This document shows positions 25,677-34,590 of a stretch of DNA of 64,000 bases, one piece after another. Under the pieces are notes generated by a model that saw nothing but the letters and a program-made list of their open reading frames with translations, searched no databases and was not told the DNA's origin. Position 1 is the stretch's first letter. Each line of letters opens with the position of its first letter. A program made the translations under genes and the position numbers. This DNA comes from a virus, in the IMG/VR virus record IMGVR_UViG_3300045988_160093. The stretch is one strand, 5' to 3'.

Positions 25677-25770
25677 CAGACTTGTAGCGTTAAAAATGCG
25701 TCTCTGGTTCTCTGCTCAACCACAAAGTTGGCAAGTGGTCTCTTCATAATCTGGTTTGTTATCATTTTCT

Positions 25771-25962
25771 TCAAAGTTTTGTTCGTTCATATCTTACGAA
25801 ATTCAATCTGTATGCCTTGATGCGGATTTGCTCCGCAAGCTCCGTGTCATGACGGAAAGCCAAGGCTCTGCGGACCGTCTGCTCGCTGACCCCAAATATT
25901 GCAGCCAGTTTTTTTAGTGTACCGTAACGCAGTTTTATCGGTTTTTTCTTGTTTGGTATCAT
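25771..25962 (-). CDS. Cro-like small HTH regulator (first gene of the leftward operon)
   Basis: LKKLAAIFGVSEQTVRRAL HTH; divergent from the CI-like gene. Confidence 0.6.
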   Translation of the reverse strand: MIPNKKKPIKLRYGTLKKLAAIFGVSEQTVRRALAFRHDTELAEQIRIKAYRLNFVRYERTKL

Positions 25963-25988
25963 ATCTTTTTCTATATTTGCAGCACTAT

Positions 25989-26123
25989 AACCTAATTGTA
26001 GGTTTGTGTAACTTATGTGTGGTAGGTTTATGTAACCTATTACATTTGCAAAAGTAGGTTATTATAACTTGATTTGCAAGAAAATCAGGGAGAAAGTGAG
26101 TTATATTAACCTTATTATAGGTT
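25989..26123. promoter_or_regulatory. genetic-switch region: palindromic operators and back-to-back -7 boxes
   Basis: AACCTAATTGTAGGTT 25989-26004, TAGGTTTATGTAACCTA 26023-26039, AACCTTATTATAGGTT 26108-26123; TACATTTG (+) at 26041-26048 abuts CAAAAGTA at 26049-26056, which is TACTTTTG on the minus strand. Confidence 0.6.
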
Positions 26124-26169
26124 TTAATACAACTGTTCACATTGACACCTATTTAATAAAGGAGGACTT

Positions 26170-26628
26170 ATGGCATACACAAGTGAAAAGATGAACGAGA
26201 TTAGAGACAGGCTCGCTTGCGTGCTTGAACAGAAAGGATTGTCCAAGAACGCCATGGCGAGAGCTGCGAACATAAATACGTCTAATTTCTGTCGGAAACT
26301 GAAGAAGGATTCTTCAGACAACCTGACTGAGAATAATGTCAGGAACGTTGCCCTTGCTTTTAATCTCAACCTGGGCTGGTTAGAAGACGGTGTAGGGGAG
26401 ATGTTCGGAGCACCTTCGGCTATCGAAAGTATGCAGGCGTTTGACAAGGTGTTCAAATCTGACAAGGACAAGACGGCAAACGTTACACAAAGTGCAGAAA
26501 GGACACTCGCAGATTTGGACAGCACAAACAAAATCCTGATGGATCAGCTTGAAAGCAAGAATATGGAAATAGAACGCCTCAACAAGCGTATAGACCAACT
26601 TCTTGCTATAATAGAGAAAATGAAATAA
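26170..26628 (+). CDS. CI-like repressor (XRE HTH plus C-terminal coiled coil)
   Basis: LSKNAMARAANINTSNFCRKLK HTH; GGAGG lies before the ATG; C-terminal heptads. Confidence 0.65.
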   Translation: MAYTSEKMNEIRDRLACVLEQKGLSKNAMARAANINTSNFCRKLKKDSSDNLTENNVRNVALAFNLNLGWLEDGVGEMFGAPSAIESMQAFDKVFKSDKDKTANVTQSAERTLADLDSTNKILMDQLESKNMEIERLNKRIDQLLAIIEKMK

Positions 26629-26647
26629 AACAAAAGCTATTGAGCTT

Positions 26648-27073
26648 ATGAAGGCTAATTTTTTACAATACCTTGATGAGGTAATCTTAGGCAAGGTAGA
26701 GAGGACTCTTGTATGGAGAGTCACACGTTTCGGTATCGGCATCCTGCCGTTGCTGGCGTCACTAATGTTTGTAACACACATATTCCTGCTTATCCGAGGA
26801 TATGACTTCGGATTGGCTTACGTGTTCTGCAGCTATTCCTTTACGGGTTTCCTCGTATGGATAGCAATAAGCGTCACATTCCAGTTTAATTGGATGCACA
26901 GGGCATTCATCAGCTATAACTATCTGGTGAGCTTCTGCGTGGATTTCAATAGAGAGGTGGGACTGGGAGGCTGGCTTATGCCTGCAAGGTGGTTCGTGTT
27001 CGCCTTGGGAGTCTTAATGCTTGCGGATTTCATCTGGGAAAACGGATGGAAGAAGATGGGGAAGATTAATTAA
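26648..27073 (+). CDS. multi-TM membrane protein (lysogeny-expressed moron, possible superinfection exclusion)
   Basis: About 4 hydrophobic helices; co-directional with the repressor. Confidence 0.55.
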   Translation: MKANFLQYLDEVILGKVERTLVWRVTRFGIGILPLLASLMFVTHIFLLIRGYDFGLAYVFCSYSFTGFLVWIAISVTFQFNWMHRAFISYNYLVSFCVDFNREVGLGGWLMPARWFVFALGVLMLADFIWENGWKKMGKIN

Positions 27074-27092
27074 AAACTCAAAACTAAATAAA

Positions 27093-27422
27093 ATGAATTG
27101 GATTTTGTTGGGTAGTCTGTTGTTTGCGAAGATTTTACATAATGCAACAACGCTTGCTTACGGTGACTTTAAAGGGTCTTCAAAAACTGCATATCAGTAT
27201 CTGACTCTCGCTACAGGTTTTGGCGGTTTCGTTTGGTATGGTTGTTTGATTGGTTCGTTCTTTGTAATGAAATGGTATTTGCCGCTTGTTTTGTTCATCC
27301 TTACAATACCTCTTGGTTTCTTAACTCCTCGTGACCAAATGAAGAGAATATACTGTTCGTTTGCTTTGCCGCCTGTTTTAGCAGTTTGTGTGGTCTTGCT
27401 TGTGTTGTTGGCTTTAGCTTAA
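27093..27422 (+). CDS. multi-TM membrane protein
   Basis: ATG at 27093 (MNWILLGSLLFAK); about 3 hydrophobic helices. Confidence 0.55.
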   Translation: MNWILLGSLLFAKILHNATTLAYGDFKGSSKTAYQYLTLATGFGGFVWYGCLIGSFFVMKWYLPLVLFILTIPLGFLTPRDQMKRIYCSFALPPVLAVCVVLLVLLALA

Positions 27423-27439
27423 CTTATAAAGTAAAGAAT

Positions 27440-27865
27440 ATGGAAATGAAGAAAATTTTGCGTTGGATTGCAGTACTGCCTGCAACGGTATTGTGTTCAG
27501 TCGTTACCTTTGTCTTGGGAAAATTGTTTGCATGGTTTGTTGTTAACAAATTCTTTATACTATCAAGTAATAGTGAAGATAGTTGGGGGTATATAATTAG
27601 TACGGCTCTCGCTAACTATGCAGCTGGTATGTTGGGAGTCTCTGCAGGGGCTGCAGTCGCTCCAAGTCACAAATATACAGTTTCGATAGTTCTGACTGTT
27701 ATACTTTTATGCCTGTTTTGTATTTCTATAGGTGTTGAAAGTATTTTGGACGATTTTAAGTGGTATCAATATGTTTATATGGCTTTGATGCTTGTAGGTG
27801 CAATACTTGGTGTATTGCAAGTAAAAGAAGAAGAGAGGGATAAAAGTAATAGGGGTGAAAAATAA
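27440..27865 (+). CDS. multi-TM membrane protein
   Basis: ATG at 27440 (MEMKKILRWIAVLPATVL); about 4 hydrophobic helices. Confidence 0.55.
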   Translation: MEMKKILRWIAVLPATVLCSVVTFVLGKLFAWFVVNKFFILSSNSEDSWGYIISTALANYAAGMLGVSAGAAVAPSHKYTVSIVLTVILLCLFCISIGVESILDDFKWYQYVYMALMLVGAILGVLQVKEEERDKSNRGEK

Positions 27866-28206
27866 TGTAGGTTGCCTTTCTGTAATAGAGGTATTTGCGT
27901 ACTTGTTGGCACTACCGTTCTTTATTGTGTTTTTTGTGTCTTGGTCTTTACCTGGACACGAAAAGACTTTCGTTGCTATGTTGCATTGGTTGTGTATTAA
28001 GCTTGTTAGGAATAGCTCATTTCAACCAACAATTCAAACAACTCTTGTTTACATTATTTTGTGGTGTAGTTCTTGTTTGTGGTGGTTTATTGTTTAAGTT
28101 TGAACCTTGTAGAAGTATTGCATTGGCAATTCTTATTTTGTCCATATTGTCTTATGGTAAGATTTTCATATTTGTTGTAAAAAAGATGATAAAGTCTTTT
28201 TCTTAG
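27855..28206 (+). CDS. membrane protein ORF(s) with uncertain frame (GTG 27855-28097 or TTG 27895-28206)
   Basis: Two overlapping hydrophobic ORFs without ATG starts; possibly one frameshifted gene. Confidence 0.3.
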
Positions 28207-28454
28207 TCCTACCGCTTTGCCTTCTCGATGTTGTACTCCTCAAACGAAGGATGCTCGCCGTAATTGGCAGAAAACAGGTCATTTTCTGTCACTGTCGGGG
28301 TCTTTTTGACTTGATTTGCGCCAATTTTGGGGTGTACTGTAGTAAGTCTTTGTTCTTCTTCATAATGATAATATATTTAACTTAATATTTGACTTATTCT
28401 TAGCTAATGAAAGCCTGTGTCTCCTCTCCACTCCTCTGCATTTGTTAATAGGTC

Positions 28455-29261
28455 TTATTTTGTTACCGGCTCTTTTTCGTGAAAAGTCGGAGCTACGATA
28501 TGACTCTTTCCATCATTGCTGAAATACACGTTGCTTTGCTTTGAGTAAGCCGTTCTCGTGCGTCCGCTCTCGATGATTAGAGAGCCGTCAGCGCATCTGT
28601 ATGCCTGACTGCGTGTAATATCCTTTGGGTTCTTGTTCAGAGGGACGATGCGGATTATTCTCTTTACAATCTTGCGTTCGGTAAGATAGCTGGTAATCTT
28701 CATAGCCTGATACCTTGTTCCGTTTGTCAAGTCCATGATCGTAGCATACGAACAGCCGAGATAATCCTCACAGAAGTCTGTTTTCAGCATACGTACTTCT
28801 TTCTTCCGGGCAGACCGTATTTCTTTGACAGTCTTTCCGTCCTCTGCATTATGGTGCGTATTGAAAACTTCGGTGATGACGTTTATCTTGTTCTCAACAA
28901 CTATGCGCTTGACAAGGAATTTCAGTTGTGGCATAAAGAGGTTTTTCAAATCCCCTTCGCACAATTTATATGAATAATCACGATTTGTATATAGTTTCCT
29001 CGCTATGTACCTTATTACACCGTTCTCGTTGCGTTCTTCTCTCACGTAACCATATTCCATTGCATCAGCAACAAGTCTTTTGAACTTGTCTTTTGTCATA
29101 TGCAGAGTCTTGGCAGCGTTGTTGAGAGATGTATAAATGAGGTCGGATGAACGGAACATCAACTTAATCTTGATAGCAAAACAGAAGGCTTCTAAACGTT
29201 TCTTGTCGCTTAGAGCCTTCTGCGCTTCTTTTACGGATATTTTAATCAAATTGTATTCCAT
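28455..29261 (-). CDS. hypothetical protein (268 aa), possibly a winged-helix DNA-binding or Rep-like protein
   Basis: ATG at 29261 (MEYNLIKISV); -7 box TATCTTTG on the minus strand at 29382-29389; operator-like TAACCTAAT at 29398-29406. Confidence 0.5.
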   Translation of the reverse strand: MEYNLIKISVKEAQKALSDKKRLEAFCFAIKIKLMFRSSDLIYTSLNNAAKTLHMTKDKFKRLVADAMEYGYVREERNENGVIRYIARKLYTNRDYSYKLCEGDLKNLFMPQLKFLVKRIVVENKINVITEVFNTHHNAEDGKTVKEIRSARKKEVRMLKTDFCEDYLGCSYATIMDLTNGTRYQAMKITSYLTERKIVKRIIRIVPLNKNPKDITRSQAYRCADGSLIIESGRTRTAYSKQSNVYFSNDGKSHIVAPTFHEKEPVTK

Positions 29262-29499
29262 AAAGTACAAAAGCGAAGCCCCATAAAGTGATGTAGACTT
29301 TACAGGGCTTCTATATAAATCTGGCTTGCACCAGAAAGGAGGCAATGTTATTTTCAGTCCTACATCAACCGAATTGCGTTGCAAAGATAGTGTATAGTAA
29401 CCTAATCTGCAAGTTATTAAAGGTTATTTAACTTAGGGGTCAGAACCTGAATTAATAATAATTATGATAGGTTTGTGTAAGGATTTATATGGATTTTCG

Positions 29500-29830
29500 T
29501 ATCTTTGCAGACGAAAATATACGTTTTAAATTAAATACGAATTAAATACACGTCAGAAAGGAGGATTGTGTAAATAATTGATATTCAATATTTTGAACTT
29601 GATAGGTTCGAACCCCAAGCGGATCACTTGGGGAGGTTTCTAAGCCTCCCTTTTTTGTATCTGATAATCAAGTAGTTACGTTGTAAAACATTGAATATCA
29701 AAGGATTAGAGATAAAGAAATAATTGATTTTAGCCAACAAAAGGTGTATATGTACGTATCAGATACGTATGAAATGTTACACAAAATAAATACAAATTAA
29801 ATACACGGGACTGAAAATTTAAATACACGT
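29500..29830. other. attP-like region upstream of the integrase
   Basis: Direct repeats TTAAATACACG at 29542-29552, 29797-29807 and 29819-29829 (plus TTAAATACGA at 29531-29540); 12-bp inverted repeat TTGATATTCAAT 29578-29589 / 29690-29701; GGTTCGAACC and two hairpins between them. Confidence 0.45.
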
Positions 29831-29915
29831 ATTTAATTTGGGCTTAAAACGCTGATAGAAAAGCGTTTGCGTGATAGAATACAGGGAAACTGAAAACTAA
29901 ATTTAACATTTGCCT

Positions 29916-31058
29916 ATGAAGATAGCGAAAATAAAGCTCATCTTTGACCGTCGCCACAAGGCTGCGAAAGATAAGGAAGGAGCGATAGATTTAAGGATTG
30001 CATACGGAGGAAAGCAGAAATTCTTGTCAACCGGTGTAGCGGTCTTGCCAACACAATGGGATGCAAAGCAGGAGTGTGTGAAGTTCCGTCCGGATGCGGT
30101 TGCCGTAAATTCCATGTTGCGCCAGCTTGTAAACAGATGCCACGAGATGATTGACGAGATGGCGGAGAAAGGTGCGGTGGACTTGGCTAAGTTGAGCAGG
30201 GTGACGGACAGCAGGACCTACGATATGACCTTCATCGAGTATATAAACAAGAGAATACCTGAAAGGAATGTCTCGGAGCATACAAGGAACAGGTATAGGT
30301 GCTTTGTGAGGGCTTTTGAGCAGTGGGGGAGGATGATGTACTTTACCGACATCACGGAGAGTAATATCCGCTCTTTCGATGAATGGCTGCACAGGAGGAT
30401 AGTGGACGGGAAGCCTCTCATGCAGAGCACAATCGCCACATATCACAAGTATCTGAAACTTTTCATCAATGATGCGATGACCGACGAGTTGGTGAGTGAT
30501 AATCCCTATCAGAGCAAGAGGATTCATATAGACAAGGCGGAAGGTGGGCAGATTGCCTGCCTGACCGCTGAGCAGGTGGAGAAGATTGAGAATCTGGACA
30601 TCAGGGACGCCAGCTTGGAGAGGACGAGGGATTTGTTCTTGTTTCAGTGTTATACCGGTCTTGCCTATTCGGATTTGATGAAATTCCGCTTGTCTGACTG
30701 CGAGAAGGAGGATGATGGCAGCTACAGGCTGAACGACAGGAGAACGAAGACGAACACGGAATACACTCTTTATCTTACCGACAAGGCTGTAGCCATTGCG
30801 GAGAAATACGACGGGATCCTGCCGTGCATCAGCAATCAGAAATACAATATGTTCCTGAAAGCCATCGGTCAGATGATTGGTGAACCGAAGCTGCACTCCC
30901 ATATGGGCAGGAGTACGTTCGCTTCGATGATGCTGAACAACGGAGTGAGCACCGACATCATCAAACATGCTCTCGGTCATACGACAACTCTACAGACCAA
31001 CAGGTATGCGACGATGCGAGACAAGACGATTAAGGATGCGTTCAAGAAGATGAAATGA
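29916..31058 (+). CDS. int: tyrosine site-specific integrase
   Basis: ATG at 29916 (the track start is TTG); C-terminal HMGRSTFAS...HALGHTTTLQTNRYA contains the R..H..R..Y catalytic pattern. Confidence 0.85.
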   Translation: MKIAKIKLIFDRRHKAAKDKEGAIDLRIAYGGKQKFLSTGVAVLPTQWDAKQECVKFRPDAVAVNSMLRQLVNRCHEMIDEMAEKGAVDLAKLSRVTDSRTYDMTFIEYINKRIPERNVSEHTRNRYRCFVRAFEQWGRMMYFTDITESNIRSFDEWLHRRIVDGKPLMQSTIATYHKYLKLFINDAMTDELVSDNPYQSKRIHIDKAEGGQIACLTAEQVEKIENLDIRDASLERTRDLFLFQCYTGLAYSDLMKFRLSDCEKEDDGSYRLNDRRTKTNTEYTLYLTDKAVAIAEKYDGILPCISNQKYNMFLKAIGQMIGEPKLHSHMGRSTFASMMLNNGVSTDIIKHALGHTTTLQTNRYATMRDKTIKDAFKKMK

Positions 31059-31130
31059 AATGTTACATAGGTATAAGAGAAAACCTTTGGGCGTATGGTC
31101 GTTCGTGGTTTCCGTGTGTAAGGTTTAAAT

Positions 31131-31171
31131 AAAAAAAAAGAGGATGCGGTGTGGTGGCTGCATCCTCTTTG
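31131..31171. terminator. bidirectional intrinsic terminator between convergent genes
   Basis: A9, AGAGGATGC/GCATCCTCT perfect 9-bp stem (31139-31168); the terminal T continues into a short T-run (31168-31170). Confidence 0.7.
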
Positions 31172-31201
31172 TCTATTATGCGGATAGATAAAATCTATTG
31201 T

Positions 31202-31555
31202 TTACATTTCTCTCAAAGGCTTAGTATAAGCGTTGAGCATCTTGATTTCGGCAAGTTTCTTTTGCAAAGCTCCGATAAGGTTCATTGTTTCAACCTCTGA
31301 CAGATAAAGATTTGTCTTATGTGCCGGGTCGTCTTCGGTTATCTCTACGTTTATCGCAAAAGGACACAGACACTTTTTGTCGTTGGTTGTTATAGTAGAG
31401 AAAGCTGCGGACAAATCAATTGTACCTGTTTCAGCTAATATCTCTTCTGTTTGTGAATTGTCAAGCATCGTTTGTGTGGTTGACAAAACCTCTACATAAT
31501 TCTTATCGCCTTTGGCTTCTGCGATAGGGGTAACGAGTTCAATAAATCTTTTCAT
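31202..31555 (-). CDS. hypothetical protein
   Basis: ATG start. Confidence 0.5.
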   Translation of the reverse strand: MKRFIELVTPIAEAKGDKNYVEVLSTTQTMLDNSQTEEILAETGTIDLSAAFSTITTNDKKCLCPFAINVEITEDDPAHKTNLYLSEVETMNLIGALQKKLAEIKMLNAYTKPLREM

Positions 31556-31572
31556 ATGTCTTTTTTTTAAAA

Positions 31573-32415
31573 TTAATTATTTTGTTCTATAATTGGCAGG
31601 ATGCCGTGTTTCTTCAATAGGTTGTACAGGAAGAAACGCCCTTTCTGTGTCCATTTCGTATTGTACACGATAGTCTTTGTCCCGTTGGTGCGTGTTATTT
31701 CCACTGGTTCGGACTGCACGTAGCCACAGGATATGTATTTGGAATAGAGAATCCACGACGTGCCGACTTTGTGCTGTATACCAAGGTTGCGAAGCAGGAT
31801 ATTGAAAGCCTTTGCGGATTTTCCGTAGTCCTGTGCGATGGTGGTTACGAGGATTGTACTCTTGCACTGGAGAACCATATCCACATAGCTTACCTTGGGT
31901 TGCATCTTGCTTACTGCGGTGTTGAGTTCTGTGATTTGTGCGTCCTTGACTTCGATTTCCTGTGCCTGACGTTTGTTCTCCAGAGTAAGCTGTTGTTTCT
32001 GTTCCTCGGATTCTACAAGCTGCTTGAGAGCGTCAAGGTAGGTTTCGGGGAGTTGAGGCTTGTTGTTCTTCTCTAAGGTTTCAAGTCTGTTGATGATTTT
32101 TTCACGGAGAAGGGCATCGTAACCACTGGCGAGGATGAGGCAACCTTTAGGGGTTAACCTGTAACACGGTCTTTTTTCTCCCTTTTTGTCGGTGTATTCA
32201 ACCGGCTCAAAATTGAGCTGGTTCACGCCTTGTTCCAAAAGTTCGCGAATATCACGCATTACATTCTTGTGTTGTTTACCTGTAACCTCTGCGATTTCAA
32301 GCGAAGTCATTCCTGTTCCTGATACTCTGTCGCTAACGGATAAAGAGTTTGTGCTTCTGTTGGTAGTTCCAAGAATGTTGTCTATTACATTTATACTGTT
32401 CATTGAGTTTGCCAT
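31573..32415 (-). CDS. Rha-family regulator / antirepressor (Rha N-terminal domain plus KilAC/ANT-like C-terminal domain)
   Basis: MTSLEIAEVTGKQHKNVMRDIRELL is the Rha signature; C-terminal TTIAQDYGKSAKAFNILLRNLGIQH. Confidence 0.7.
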   Translation of the reverse strand: MANSMNSINVIDNILGTTNRSTNSLSVSDRVSGTGMTSLEIAEVTGKQHKNVMRDIRELLEQGVNQLNFEPVEYTDKKGEKRPCYRLTPKGCLILASGYDALLREKIINRLETLEKNNKPQLPETYLDALKQLVESEEQKQQLTLENKRQAQEIEVKDAQITELNTAVSKMQPKVSYVDMVLQCKSTILVTTIAQDYGKSAKAFNILLRNLGIQHKVGTSWILYSKYISCGYVQSEPVEITRTNGTKTIVYNTKWTQKGRFFLYNLLKKHGILPIIEQNN

Positions 32416-32433
32416 ATTTATATATGTAAGGTA

Positions 32434-32479
32434 AAAAAATGTCCCTATCCTCGGAGGTAGCAGCTCGTCAGACAGGGAC
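32434..32479 (-). terminator. intrinsic terminator
   Basis: Minus-strand GTCCCT...AGGGAC stem followed by U7; the loop contains CCUCCGAGGAUAGGG. Confidence 0.5.
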
Positions 32480-32658
32480 TATATATAGAATTTGTCTATA
32501 ATTCAAATTTCAGGTGCGTTCTGCTACAACTCACGCTTGCAAAGATATAGTGTAAATTGTTGCGTTTTTCCGTTCTCGCCATTTCGGTGAGATTTCTTAT
32601 AAAAAAATTGCTCGTCCTGCCGATAGCCCAGCTGATGGTCAACGCTCAGTCTTTGAAT

Positions 32659-32781
32659 TTAATGACTGTGCAGTTCATACCATCCGTTTACAAGACAGAA
32701 GATGATGAAGAGAATCCAGAAGATTAACTTTATCTTCTCCATCATCTCCTCCTCTTTCCATTTTCTTTCGTATCTTTTCAT
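32659..32781 (-). CDS. small membrane peptide (40 aa)
   Basis: MKRYERKWKEEEMMEKIKLIFWILFIIFCLVNGWYELHSH; its start overlaps the upstream stop. Confidence 0.35.
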   Translation of the reverse strand: MKRYERKWKEEEMMEKIKLIFWILFIIFCLVNGWYELHSH

Positions 32782-33200
32782 TACGCTGCTTTTTTAGTTA
32801 GTGATTTCAGTTTATACATATTCTTCAAAAGTAAGGATTTTATTTCCTCGTGATATTCGCTCGGTTGATTGCAGACTCCTCGACTCTGCACTATAGAGAA
32901 GATCTTTAGGTCTATCTCTATCGTCTCCGTGTGCTCTCCGTTTACCTGTGCTGATAATATCAGCGTGTCGGGCTTCTTGTAATATCCACAAGCGAATACA
33001 CAATGATGCATCATTTCACCTTCCTCTTTGAACTCCTCGATGGATTTCAGAGGTTGGATGGTTATCGAGCCATTCTCAACTTTGAAGCCGATGAATTTCT
33101 TGATGAAGTTCTCAAAGTATTTCTCAGCCTGCTCGTCGTTCATCCTCTCCATCGCTGCCCTCTGCCTTTCCTCTCGTTCCTCTTCTCTTTCAAGTCTCAA
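32781..33200 (-). CDS. PcfJ-like domain protein (C-terminal part)
   Basis: EEGEMMHHCVFACGYYKKPDTLILSA is the PcfJ-like motif; the track start is TTG. Confidence 0.6.
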   Translation of the reverse strand: MRLEREEEREERQRAAMERMNDEQAEKYFENFIKKFIGFKVENGSITIQPLKSIEEFKEEGEMMHHCVFACGYYKKPDTLILSAQVNGEHTETIEIDLKIFSIVQSRGVCNQPSEYHEEIKSLLLKNMYKLKSLTKKAA

Positions 33201-33936
33201 AGCATATAGATTGTGCGTTGTATGGGAGGTTCATCGGGCAAACATAGAACGGATTGTGCAGGTCATAATGAAGTTTCTCTGCCATAGAGACGGTGTCACT
33301 CCATAGGTTGTAATCAAGTTCCTCGGTCAAATATCCGTGCTTCCATGCAAGTTTGACAATCTCCTGCTTGAATTGCAGTCTGTTCAGCAAAAGAAGTTCG
33401 GCAACCCTCGGTCTTTGCTTGAGGATAGTTTCAATGAATGGGAATGTGTCAACGTGTAAATCATCTGGAAGCCAGACATAGTTCCTGCCTATCAGGTAGA
33501 ACTGGTTCTCCCTGTAGTTACAGATAACCTTTTCGGCTTTCCTCGAACGGACGAATAATTTTGAGTAGGATATATCAGTCAGGCGGTTGTAATATCCGTT
33601 CTTCCTGTTGGTCCTAACCTCCATCGGGCTGTCCATCAAAAAGGTGTCGTAATAACCGCAGGTTGCGAAACGCTGCTTTGCTCTCACAACGTTTCCGTGT
33701 GCGCTTACCCATACCTGCATGAACTCCCTGCAAACATTGTTCTTCTTCTTGTGTTTCACAAAGGAGAAATACCTCACAACTGAAAATTCCTTCTTCTGTT
33801 CCAACACTGCGTAATAGACTTTGCTATTACATTTTGGAGTCTCTTTGCTGAATTTCTCGACGATATGTCGAGGCAGAGGAAGGAGTGTCTGTGACAACTC
33901 CTCCGCTCTCTTCTGTATTTTCGTTCTTGGTCTCAT
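33190..33936 (-). CDS. PcfJ-like protein, N-terminal part (possibly one gene with 32781-33200)
   Basis: 11-nt overlap; the downstream frame is open across the junction. Confidence 0.55.
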   Translation of the reverse strand: MRPRTKIQKRAEELSQTLLPLPRHIVEKFSKETPKCNSKVYYAVLEQKKEFSVVRYFSFVKHKKKNNVCREFMQVWVSAHGNVVRAKQRFATCGYYDTFLMDSPMEVRTNRKNGYYNRLTDISYSKLFVRSRKAEKVICNYRENQFYLIGRNYVWLPDDLHVDTFPFIETILKQRPRVAELLLLNRLQFKQEIVKLAWKHGYLTEELDYNLWSDTVSMAEKLHYDLHNPFYVCPMNLPYNAQSICFET

Positions 33937-34202
33937 ATTTTATATCTCCCTTGTTTTGTTGCTTTCCCGAACATTGTTAGCTGTGTCCGTCCAAAACTTT
34001 GTGTGTCACTATAATAAGGCGTATAAGTTAAGGCTACATCTTCATCTCTATAGCTTTTTGCATAAATGAAATGGCTGCTTAGTCTAACACCTTTCTTCAC
34101 AAAATGAATTAATGCCCTTTTCGCTTCTTTAAGTGTGCGATACTTTATCTCTTGCGAAATTATAGGATTAAAAATGCCAATAATATAATAATCTATCTTC
34201 AT
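33933..34202 (-). CDS. hypothetical protein
   Basis: ATGA overlap. Confidence 0.5.
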   Translation of the reverse strand: MKIDYYIIGIFNPIISQEIKYRTLKEAKRALIHFVKKGVRLSSHFIYAKSYRDEDVALTYTPYYSDTQSFGRTQLTMFGKATKQGRYKI

Positions 34203-34203
34203 A

Positions 34204-34584
34204 TCAGAACAGGCTTAACTCTTGGTGTTTCGGGTTCTTAGTCTCTTGCTTTGCCCTCTTGGGTTTCATCGCTACCGTCTTGGGCTGCGGTTTCGGCTCT
34301 GTAGGTTTCTCGGTCGAAACGTTCTCGGGCAATGGCTCTGGCTTCACATCGTCTTCTTGGTAGTAGTGGATAATGTGGTTGAGCATCGTCTCATCATCCC
34401 AGTAGCACGTCCTGCACCCTCTCGCTTCGTCCGTCGGTGCGTCCTTGACTGCCTTGAAAGCCTCGCCAGTTACGTACTCCGCAAGTTCTTTCAGGCTTTT
34501 GTTCGGTTTCGACAACAACGATTTAAAGTCGCTGTCCTTCTCTGCCTGTTTGTCAATGAGTTTCTTTAGATAATCTGTCAACAT
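34204..34584 (-). CDS. PcfK-like protein (the family that includes anti-CRISPR AcrIIA9)
   Basis: YLKKLIDKQAEKDSDF...LKELAEYV...MLNHIIHYYQEDDV fits the PcfK-like pattern (..YL..RA..D..F...HYY.EDD). Confidence 0.55.
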   Translation of the reverse strand: MLTDYLKKLIDKQAEKDSDFKSLLSKPNKSLKELAEYVTGEAFKAVKDAPTDEARGCRTCYWDDETMLNHIIHYYQEDDVKPEPLPENVSTEKPTEPKPQPKTVAMKPKRAKQETKNPKHQELSLF

Positions 34585-34590
34585 AAGCTA

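Noticed and set aside
28207-28363. Small minus-strand ORF MKKNKDLLQYTPKLAQIKSKRPRQ* followed, in another frame, by a protein-like VTENDLFSANYGEHPSFEEYNIEKAKR*
   Set aside because: It might be a frameshifted remnant at CAAAAAG/CCCC runs. It is too short and has no recognisable family, so I cannot support it as a gene or pseudogene.
29601-29633. GGTTCGAACC region as a tRNA gene
   Set aside because: Only a T-loop-like palindrome is present. No acceptor, D or anticodon arms can be drawn. It is more likely part of the attP core or an sRNA hairpin.
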